Source of the DNA: Eledone cirrhosa
Taxonomy: Eukaryota
Length of the DNA: 64,000 nucleotides
Assembly: GCA_964016885.1 (NCBI GenBank)
Contig: OZ024740.1
Coordinates: forward strand, 139,004,001 to 139,068,000
Direction: 5' to 3'
The translations under genes were made by a program, and so were the position numbers. Each line of letters opens with the position of its first letter. The first letter of the stretch is position 1. A model generated the notes under the pieces. That model worked only from the letters and a program-made list of their open reading frames with translations, was not told the DNA's origin and searched no databases. Positions 52,279 to 64,000 of this stretch are shown here, piece after piece.

Positions 52279-52658
52279 TGCATGTGTGCGTATGAGTGTG
52301 TCACCAGCAACATATGTTTGTGTCTAGGTAAAATGGCCACATGCTGTTCACCAGCTCACACACGAAACTAATCCAAGTGATAACCAATAATCATGTCTCT
52401 AATCAATATATATGTAAAGTATATATAATATTCTGTATATATACAGAATAGAGTTATCCAAAATTTTGTAAGTGTGTGTATAAATTTACATATTTTTAGT
52501 ATATAGGTATGTAAGCATACCAAATATATCTATTTCCCTGCAACGTAACTTAAATTAACTATCAACACGAGCGCTAATAACATACAATTTAGTACGTGCA
52601 TTTCAATATAGTGGCAGGGTATATAAGCCCCCGGTTACGTATTTCCTTGTGATATACT

Positions 52659-52706
52659 CACTTTCTGATGAAGGATCCAACTAGATCTGAAATTCAATTA
52701 AAGGTG
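52659..52706 (+). ncRNA. Minimal type I hammerhead ribozyme-like motif near the 3' end of a (TA)n-abutting cassette
   Basis: CTTT-CTGATGA-A-GGATC(caacta)GATCT-GAAA-TTCAA-T-T-AAAG. Both catalytic boxes are present, with stem II GGATC/GATCT, stem I CTTT/AAAG and a very short near-palindromic stem III, as in minimal hammerheads of Penelope-like elements. Confidence 0.6.
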
Positions 52707-52715
52707 TTTATCGTA

Positions 52716-55461
<2,746 letters not shown>

Positions 55462-55468
<7 letters not shown>

Positions 55469-55820
55469 ATGTTGAAAAGGTAACACACTAGAGAGAGATA
55501 AAGTGCGCCATCAATAAAACAGGGAAAAACCACCAGTGTATGGAATCTAAACCTATGAAAGGCAGAATATAGACACGATAATAAGAGGTATTTATTTACG
55601 CTTTAATTTATATTTTTAATTATCGTGTCTATATTCTGCCTTTCATAGGTTATAGATTCCATACACTGGTGGTTTTTTCCTGTTTTATTGATGGCGCACT
55701 TTATCTCTCTCTAGTGTGTTACATTTTCAACATATTGTATTTTAAAGTGCCCAGGATTTCCTCTCCTTTGAGCACATTATTTACAGGGAACGGCGAGAGT
55801 CTATGGCTCCGTTAATGTAT

Positions 55821-55825
<5 letters not shown>
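55462..55825 (+). mobile_element. Fold-back element 1: ~121-bp inverted arms, 36-bp spacer and 85-bp tail, between (TA)n tracts
   Basis: 55462-55582 is the reverse complement of 55619-55740 with about 3 differences. A unique tail at 55741-55825 follows, and (TA)n lies on both sides. Confidence 0.8.

Positions 55826-55911
<86 letters not shown>
55826..55911. repeat. (TA)n microsatellite
   Basis: Pure TA run. Confidence 0.95.
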
Positions 55912-55918
<7 letters not shown>

Positions 55919-56128
55919 ATAATGATGGGTAGGTAGGAAGATACAGACATATATGTGGCCATTTTACTTAGACACAAACATATTGCTGGCGATTTTCGAT
56001 GTGTAACATTAGTTTCAGATGGTGTACCAGTTTGAGCACTCGATACTATTACGAGTCTCTAGTTACCGTGATAGGATTTTACATTCTTGTTACCAACGGT
56101 TGGTGACAGCTGTAACATGCAGAGTGTT

Positions 56129-56269
56129 AATTGCCTTAGGAATAATGAATGCCCACTCCAGAATAATTGCATGACCAAAAACATTGCCTATACCCATATG
56201 CACACCTATATTGGAATCGTATCCACAACATTTAAGTCCCGACTATACAACCACACAAGCTCCTTCAAT
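56129..56269 (+). pseudogene. Fragment of a Penelope-like retroelement GIY-YIG endonuclease with its Cys-rich linker
   Basis: Translation NCLRNNECPLQNNCMTKNIAY..TYIGIVSTTFKSRLYNHTSSF matches the PLE pattern C-x5-CPL-x3-C-x4-I(V/A)Y...YIG...FK-x-R-x2-NH-x2-SF, including the catalytic Arg. It is then interrupted by a SINE fragment and microsatellite. Confidence 0.75.
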
Positions 56270-56311
56270 GGCCAGAGACAATTCCATCAACGAAAAATCA
56301 GAAATAATAAT

Positions 56312-56406
56312 TGTTTCTACTTTTGGCAAAAGGCCAGCAATTATATCAGTGTATTACTGGTACTTTATTTTATCGACCCCATAAGGATGAAAGGCAAAGT
56401 TAACCT
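56312..56406 (-). mobile_element. SINE fragment (same family as 63918-64000)
   Basis: ACTGGTACTTTATTTTATCGACCCCATAAGGATGAAAGGCAAAGTTAACCT aligns with 63935-63984. I recognise it as the central domain of an abundant cephalopod tRNA-derived SINE (from memory, not a search). Confidence 0.7.
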
Positions 56407-56426
56407 ATATAGATCACAGATACCCA

Positions 56427-56429
<3 letters not shown>

Positions 56430-56485
<56 letters not shown>

Positions 56486-56550
56486 ATATATACATATATA
56501 TATGAATACACACACACATTTATATATATATATACATACACGTATACATA
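56430..56550. repeat. (TA)n/(CA)n/(TACA)n compound microsatellite
   Basis: TA run followed by mixed CA/TACA units. Confidence 0.9.
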
Positions 56551-56659
56551 TGGGCCTTTCAGTTTCCTTTCACATTATATACATGTCTGTGTAAATTTTA
56601 ATTATTTAAAAATTATTTTAAAGTGAACGCGATTTTAAAAGATATTTTGAAGTGAACAT

Positions 56660-56686
56660 GACCCAACGGGTTACGGGTGGTCTAGT
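56660..56686 (+). mobile_element. Helitron-like 3' terminus (GC hairpin followed by CTAG|T)
   Basis: ACCCAACGGGTTACGGGT forms an imperfect hairpin, followed 3 nt later by CTAG (56682-56685) and T. No 5' end was identified. Confidence 0.4.
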
Positions 56687-57090
56687 ATATTATAATTTGA
56701 GCCTTGACTCAAGGAATTTACTTTTAACTCTTAATTTTACTCAATCCTCTATCTCTAAGACTTAGCAAAAATATAGAAAAATATAGTAACAGGCAATTTC
56801 AAGGAAAAACATCCAAATTCTTGATATCTGAAAATTACAAATTCTCAATATCTGAAAAACGTGACAATAAGTAATAATTGCTTTATCTTAAATAAAAATT
56901 ATCTTTTTTTTTAATATCTAATATTGATTCTATTATATATTTTTATATTGTTAAATGTTCATTCCCTTTAATTCTTTATGCCTAAGTATATATATATATA
57001 TATATGCAAAAGTTCTATTTAAAATTGTTGGGATACAACAAGTAAATATTTTATAACTGATATAAAGCACTCGACACGTTTTTGGAGTAG

Positions 57091-57767
57091 ATATACGATA
57101 TTAAATAAATGGAAACTATATTTATAAAACCATATTTATTTCACTATACATATTTCAGGGATACCAAATTAAAATATGGTATGCCTTCATCAGATAAAAT
57201 ACAATATATAAACAGTTTTATAAATAATTTTGACGTACCCTATTAGATGCAACCATTATTTTTGGAAGCTGTCTGGATAGTGAGATGTTTATAATTATGT
57301 TATTAGTTATAGTGTTAAGCACAGTTAGAAAAACGGAGAGAAAGAAAAATCTGTATGATGAATTATTATCTCTCTGTTGCTTTCTTTTGTTTTTCTTATT
57401 TTCTTCCTTTTTTCTTTCTTTTTCTCATTTCCTCCTATCTATTTATATCTTTCTTTTCTGCATACATTCTTTTTCTCTCTCTCCTTCTTTTTCTCTCTCC
57501 TTCCCTCTCTCCGTTTTTTCTTTCTCTCCGTTTTTCTAACTGTGCTTAACACTATAACTAATAAAATAATTATAAACATCTCACTATCCAGACAGCTTCC
57601 AAAAATAATGGTTGCATCTAATAGGGTACGTCAAAATTATTTATAAAACTGTTTATATATTGTATTTTATCTGATGAAGGCATACTATATTTTAATTTGC
57701 TATCCATGAAATATGTATAGTGAAATAAATATGGTTTTATAAATATAGTTTCCATTTATTTAATATC

Positions 57768-57773
<6 letters not shown>
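57091..57773. mobile_element. Fold-back element 2: 259-bp inverted arms around a 165-bp pyrimidine-rich spacer; each arm carries a hammerhead-like core
   Basis: 57091-57349 is the reverse complement of 57515-57773 with only a few mismatches. CTGATGAAGG...GAAA occurs at 57671-57711 (+) and 57193-57153 (-). The right end runs into (TA)n. Confidence 0.85.
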
Positions 57774-57924
<151 letters not shown>

Positions 57925-57974
57925 ATACGTTAATAGAGAAATAATATATATACATATATATATATACATACATA

Positions 57975-58583
57975 TGGTGGCTGCCAACTCGTTTTCGAGT
58001 ACGGCCACTACTTTATATCCATGTAGGAGAACCCCTACGGATGCGCTGAACGAGTGTGACTTTTTAGTCCAGCCAGCGATTTGAAAACTCTGGTACAAAC
58101 ACTACACTTTTGACAATTATTGACACATAGTGCTGGGCCCATTGTACCATCTGACGACAAGTGCAGAGAGATCTCCAGATATAAAGCAATGCCTGTGCCG
58201 TGAAGCTTTTATAGTGAACAAAGGCACTGCACAAAGCCAGTCCCACTCTCTTAAACAAGATGATATGTACCAAAAAGAAGAACAAGTCAACATCATTGGA
58301 TACCATCAGGGTTGCTGGTGTTATATCAGAGTTTTCCTTCTCCTAGAATTCTGCCTTGACAAAGGCTAAGGGGTCATCTCTCCCGGTGATTTTGGATGGC
58401 CATTGACTCTTAAGAGCTCCTTTGCCCTTTGACAGGTTTTGTTTTTAGTCCTGCAGGATGTCCAAAGTCACCCTCCTCACCAAGAAACCTTGGTGGGGTT
58501 GCCAGTTTAGTCGCCAACGACCCGACCATGAGACAGGTTGTACTGGGATACATGTTACCAGTAGCACCAACTGGTGACCTGAC
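57975..58583 (-). mobile_element. Probable 5' non-coding region of an RTE-clade LINE or a derived non-autonomous element
   Basis: A GC-richer block bounded by TA-rich repeats. The minus strand contains TAGCCTTTGTCAAGGCAGAATTCTAGGAGAAGGAAAACTCTGA and GGACTAAAAACAAAACCTGTCAAAGGGC, which I associate with RTE-type 5' regions, and it begins with an HDV-like fold. No RT or endonuclease ORF is seen. Confidence 0.45.
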
Positions 58584-59627
58584 ATATATATACCATACAT
58601 ACATATACATATATATATATACATTAAATAGTTGGATTAAAATGTGTATGTATATATATATATATATATATAATTTATGCTTATTAATTTATATTTGATC
58701 GTATTGTGATTTTTCAAAACTTCAGCAACATACATAGATATAATTTAACAAATAAATAGATTGTCAGTAAACTATAATAACTTTAGATAAACAGCAATAA
58801 TAAATCTTATCCGCAATACATTCATGATGTCAGCAATAACTGACAATATCTTAGGTATTGTATTAGCTCATAGTTTTTTTTTTACTTCTAGCATTGCCTA
58901 TACACCTAATAAAGTATATATTTCCGAGATCTCTATATAATTTCTATTTCATTATCTATTATACCGGAATTCACTAATTCAACATCCTACACATATTTAT
59001 CATTCTAATATATCATATATAATGTTATGTATTCTCCTACTCCCTTTCTTTCTCTAAATCTCGCATTAAGTTAAATATAATGATGTTCTTTAAACACACC
59101 ATCTGTTTATAACGGTTTGGTTATGTACGTTATTTCACAGATAACAATACTTTATTGGAATTTTGCTTGTCTATCTACTATTACATATGATTTCATACGA
59201 ATGAAACATTTCTAATCCTGTTTCAGTTATTTCTATATAAAATAAATATGCTTATTTCTCTATTAACGTATTGAATAGCTTATTTAACTTTGGTTATTTC
59301 CCGAACACCTTCGAAATACCATTCTTAATTAATCATATATGTAAAAAAGACAATAGGACCGCCAAACACCTAAATCTGAACGTAAATAACGCCTAGAACA
59401 GACGCAAAGTAATCTCCAAATATTCCACCACGTAAATAATACATTCAGAAAAGAAAGCCAACTGTGAACGAAATACTCAGAGAACATCGACTGCCAAACT
59501 CGTACCTTATACACCCAGTAAAACAAAGCCGATTATAAACGAAATGTCTATACTAAATCCAAGACATCATCCATATTTCCTGGCTCACTCCATAAACCAA
59601 CCACCTACCCAATATATATATATATAT

Positions 59628-59939
59628 AAAATTAGGTAGTAACATGTGCTTACGCCGTATTTGACTAAATAAAATTAGTCTATTAGTTGGGATTTTAGAA
59701 AAGCCTCTGAATGGAAAAAAGGATAAGTATTGACGTACACATTGGTCTGGCAAAACAAATATGCGAGTTCGTGTCCCATGTACGTCAATACCCATCCTCT
59801 TTTCCATTCAGAGGGTATTTCTTTTCTAAAATCCCAACTAACAGACTAATTTTATTTAGTCAAATACGGCGGAAGCACATGTTACTACCTAAGTTTCAAA
59901 TAGCTGTTTCTAAACAATGACTGCTTTGTGCCCTCCCCC

Positions 59940-59940
<1 letters not shown>
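59628..59940 (+). mobile_element. Fold-back element 3: ~112-bp inverted arms, 39-bp spacer with a B-box-like motif and 44-bp tail, between (TA)n tracts
   Basis: 59628-59739 is the reverse complement of 59779-59896, apart from a small indel near 59815-59820 and a few mismatches. The tail is 59897-59940, and TA repeats lie on both sides. Confidence 0.8.
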
Positions 59941-60013
<73 letters not shown>

Positions 60014-60148
60014 TATTAGGATTGGTGCTCTGAAATAGCGATGTATACATGAATGTATGTATAGTATATTTGGCAATGTACCGTATGTTTAATTAAAAAC
60101 ATTTTGTAGACCATACGCTATCGGTTTTAAAGTAGTGACTATGAAACA

Positions 60149-60520
<372 letters not shown>

Positions 60521-61235
60521 TCAACAATATCTGAATTACATCAAGCATCATTAAAGCAATAGGGTATTGATTTTACATTGAATGAATCGGAGATTTTCCA
60601 TCTTTATATAAAATTAGACGATATCATAACATATATCTATATATACACAGTACTTAAATTGATTATGATAGTCACGTCATAGATATGAAATCGCGTAAAG
60701 GTCATGATGAGTATGAGGAAGATTATGTAACAACAGTTCATAATGATATCATAGTGATTAATATAACACGGGGTGATAATGTGTAGATGTCCAGATTATG
60801 TAATACAAATGGCTTAATGATTTTGTAACATTGAAATAACCACATGAATATAAGGTAATATATTCTATCATAATGACGTCGTTCAGATGATATTATGGTG
60901 ATGTATCACTGCATGTTATAATGACGGTGTACCGTCGAAATTACGTCATGGTGAAGAGCTACGGCGTGCTACAGAGACGATGGCGAAATAATATTATAGG
61001 CATGTGATTTCTGGTGCAACGTCAGCGTTTAAATGACATAATGATGATGTAATGATACTTTAAAATGTTGACGTTAAACTGACGTCATGGAATGTGATAT
61101 AGTGGTAACGTCGAAATGATATAATCATATGATGACACAATCTTAACTATAATAAAGAAAGGAGTGCGGGACTGCATCCAGAATATATTTTTTTTATCCC
61201 GTTTGTAAAATAAGTTGGATTATTTGAATAAATAA

Positions 61236-63205
61236 CACTGGTCAACAGCCAAAATGGTTCTTACATGTGAATATGTGCATCTTACTAATTTCATAGCACT
61301 AAATTCAGTTTTGATATTCATTTTTTGCTATCGGACCAGAATACCTTAATATGAGATCGAAAATATGTTCCTCGTATTGCATTATTTATCTATTGTGTAA
61401 CATATGATGACTTAGGTATAAACATATTAACTTATTAATAAAAATATATAAACATATTTTTATTTATTTTTTTAACACTTAGTATATTAACAAAACATTT
61501 CTGAACATAGCAAAATGTTTCAAAACATTTCTAAACAAATTTCTGGATTTTGCTTTTACGCTTGTTTTGCTGGCTCTCCTCACGTTGCAGTGTCCACCAG
61601 TAGTCGCCCATCATGTTGGGATTGAACCGACCCTGATACCTACTCTCCACTATGAAACCTGGTGAAACCCCTCTCTCCATGTTCATCACTGATGTCTCCT
61701 AGATTACTTGGGAAGAAATCCAGATGAGAATGGAAGAAATAAAGCTTCAACGACATTCGTGAACCCAGAGCGCGATAATTTTGTATCATGGTTTCAACAA
61801 TTTCTTTATAGTTGTCTGCACGGTGGTTTCCAAGAAGGTTCTGTGTCACATCTACAAATGATTTCCATGCATTAGTCTCCAAATGGTTTAGTGTTTTCGT
61901 AAACTCACTATCATTAACCAGCATACGAATCTGAGGACCATTCAAAACCCCTGCTTTTAACATTGCTTCAGATGCCACTCTACCCAATTTCTTATACAAG
62001 TACTGAAACCCATTACCCGTATGATCCACGCTTTTAATAAAGTTTTTGGCCAAGCCTAATTTGAGATGTAATGGAGGGGGGAATACTTTTTCTGGATCCA
62101 CGAAAGGTTTGTACAAACAGTTGAATCTACCGGGTGCATCCTTTGGTCTTGTTGGCCAATCCTTCTTCATGTAGTGTTCCGCATCTGCTCTACTATTCCA
62201 CAAACATAGAAAACACATATGCTTTGTGTAACCAGTCTGAAGACCTAGAAGTAGACTAATTAAGTTGTTTATGACGATGACGAGCAGTTGTAATGCCGAC
62301 GCCAGGTTCCAGCAGGTTTCGTTGCTTCAGTCTTGATCCCAGGAGCTCTGTCTTTTCTTTAGACAAATGTAGGTCTTTAATGAGATCGTGAAGAGCTTCC
62401 TGGTTAAATGGTATGGGTTCACTTGTCTCATGTTCGTCTTGATAGTCATCATCAATAGGGGTGCTACTGGAATCAGAATCAGAGATTAGCTCGTGTTCAG
62501 CAGGTGGAACTGGAACAGGTAATTCGTCACTGTGAGGTACTGGTCGGATTGCTGACGAGATATCGGGGTATTGAAGTGTAGTTCGTGTCTTCACAGTTAT
62601 TCCTTGGATGTTTATATGGCAGAAGTAACAATCGTTATTGTGGTCTTTTGGTTCCCGCCATACCATTGGTACGGCAAATGGCAAACCAGAGCTTCGTTTC
62701 CCATTCTTCCATTCACTTAGGTGATTAACACATGACCTACACGTTATATGAAGCGCCCATTTCTTGTCCTAGTCTCCCAATGGACATTTGAAGTAGCATT
62801 TGTAGTTTACTCGAACTGCTTTTGTGATTGGTTTCTTTATGCTTTCTGGAGTAAAGAGTCCACAAATATAGCAAAATCGGTCTGGGTCATTTACACATTT
62901 CCGGCGTTCCATCTCTCCCACTAGTCAAAGTTGTTGTGAATTATCCAAGAATAGCTGAGGATAGTTACAATTCTGTGATCTAAAACAAAAGCAGTAAATA
63001 TAAATTAGTTAACAACTAAATATAGTGGATACAATTGGATGAAGCCACATAGCTATGGGTCATAAACATGGATATGCTGGTTCTTGAAAACTAGACCCGA
63101 TACAGCTTAACCGTTGTCATATTCAGATTCTGCACACTTGGTTACCCTAGAATCATACTAAATTATACCAGAACCATGAAATGAATATTTTGTTGTTGAC
63201 CAGTG
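61236..63205 (-). mobile_element. Chapaev3-type (CMC superfamily) DNA transposon, 1,970 bp, defective
   Basis: Terminal inverted repeats CACTGGTCAACAgcCAAAAT (61236) and ATTTTGtTGTTGACCAGTG (63205) are flanked by a TAA duplication (61233-61235, 63206-63208). CAC..GTG ends with a 3-bp TWA duplication are typical of Chapaev3. The element contains a transposase pseudogene. Confidence 0.9.
61531..62912 (-). pseudogene. Chapaev3 transposase pseudogene
   Basis: From ATG 62912: MERRKCVNDPDRFCYICG...PLGD*DKKW...C..C...PFAVPMVWREPKDHNNDCYFC...SAIRPVPHS...LLGSRLKQRNLL. It resumes LLGLQTGYTKHMCFLCLWNSR...PPLHLKLGL...MSLKLYFFHSHLDFFP.NLGDISDEHGER and, after frameshifts, RYQGRFNPNMMGDYWWTLQRE to TAG 61531. 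Defects are an in-frame stop at 62769-62771, an internal deletion near 62260 and frameshifts near 61650-61670. Confidence 0.9.
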
Positions 63206-63552
63206 TAATGAATGAATATTACATAATTTATCTACTAAATTTCGTAGCGGTTGATTAAATATATTTTATTGCTTATTTAAATATTCACTTCTTTAAGATG
63301 TTCAAATGTCAACACTTCCGGTTAGCGATCGCTTAAATAAATATTCATATATTTCTGTCACTAATTTTCTCCTAATGAAATTTATATATACTATCGTCTT
63401 TTTTAATGTATCATGGATTACGTTACTGATTATATAAGAGAGTGTAACGCAGTCTTCGTTCAATTTCTGTGTATATTGTCAACTACGATTTTATTTGATA
63501 TATCATATCTACATGTATATATACTTGTGTATAATATCAATATGCACACTAC

Positions 63553-63601
63553 ACATGCTAGCAGAAAACCACCCGACGGGGCGGTTTTTCTGCTAGTATG
63601 T
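63553..63601. other. 49-bp near-perfect hairpin with CTAG at both ends (mini Helitron/Helentron-like remnant?)
   Basis: ACATGCTAGCAGAAAACCACCCG-A-CGGGGCGGTTTTTCTGCTAGTATGT. Confidence 0.5.
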
Positions 63602-63917
63602 TATAAAGGAGGCGTTGAAATGATGTTAAGATAATGTAACAGAACATGCCACAAACATCACGTAGCGTTGAAATGTCATCATGGTGATATGATACAACGT
63701 GTTATGATAACGTAGAAATGACATGATGATGATGTGATGTGAAGTATGTAAGTACCTGTGACTCTTGATAGAGTCGTAGGGGCACCGTTGTGACATACAA
63801 TATTTCTTGGACATTATAAACTTGGTGGAGCTCATTCTTTTGCAAATCTATACAAATCTATACACAACCGATTTCCTCCAGAGAAGGAGGGGTGATAGAA
63901 AGAGATATAGAGGAAGA

Positions 63918-64000
63918 ATCAACTCTAGTGCTCAACTGGTACTTTTATTATCCACCTCGAAAGAATGAAAGGCAAAGATGACCTCGGTGGGATTTGAACT
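63918..64000 (-). mobile_element. tRNA-derived SINE fragment, truncated by the window edge
   Basis: The minus strand begins AGTTCAAATCCC (Pol III B-box-like), followed by ACCGAGGTCATCTTTGCCTTTCATTCTTTCGAGG...AAGTACCAGTTGAGCAC. It is homologous to 56347-56406. Confidence 0.75.

Noticed and set aside
56614-56860. Small local direct repeats (TATTTT(A/G)AAGTGAAC x2; AAATTCT..ATATCTGAAAA x2)
   Set aside because: These are two-copy slippage duplications in AT-rich DNA with no further structure.

Overview
This is eukaryotic, gene-free, repeat-dominated DNA. The SINE fragments and microsatellite load look like an octopus/cephalopod genome, but that is inference from recognised motifs, not a search. 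Positions 1-~49,740 are one giant (GTT)n-derived satellite built from a 30-bp unit, AGTCTTGTTGTTGTT+GTCATTGTTGTTGTT. It has kilobase-scale higher-order duplications, and all the long poly-N/T/V/L ORFs are by-products of this triplet periodicity. The last ~14 kb is a patchwork of mobile DNA. It holds a cluster of small cassettes embedded in (TA)n: an exact 4x ~613-bp tandem array, three long fold-back elements and short cassettes. Four different cassettes carry the hammerhead-core-like 10-mer CTGATGAAGG, and a remnant of a Penelope-like GIY-YIG endonuclease lies among them. The region also has a candidate HDV-type double pseudoknot at the 5' edge of a probable RTE-like fragment, two SINE fragments and Helitron-like hairpin+CTAG ends. 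Finally there is a 1,970-bp defective Chapaev3-type DNA transposon with intact termini and a TAA target-site duplication. The most promising system is the (TA)n-targeted, ribozyme-bearing, non-autonomous Penelope/retrozyme-like element family. No intact host protein-coding gene is supported.
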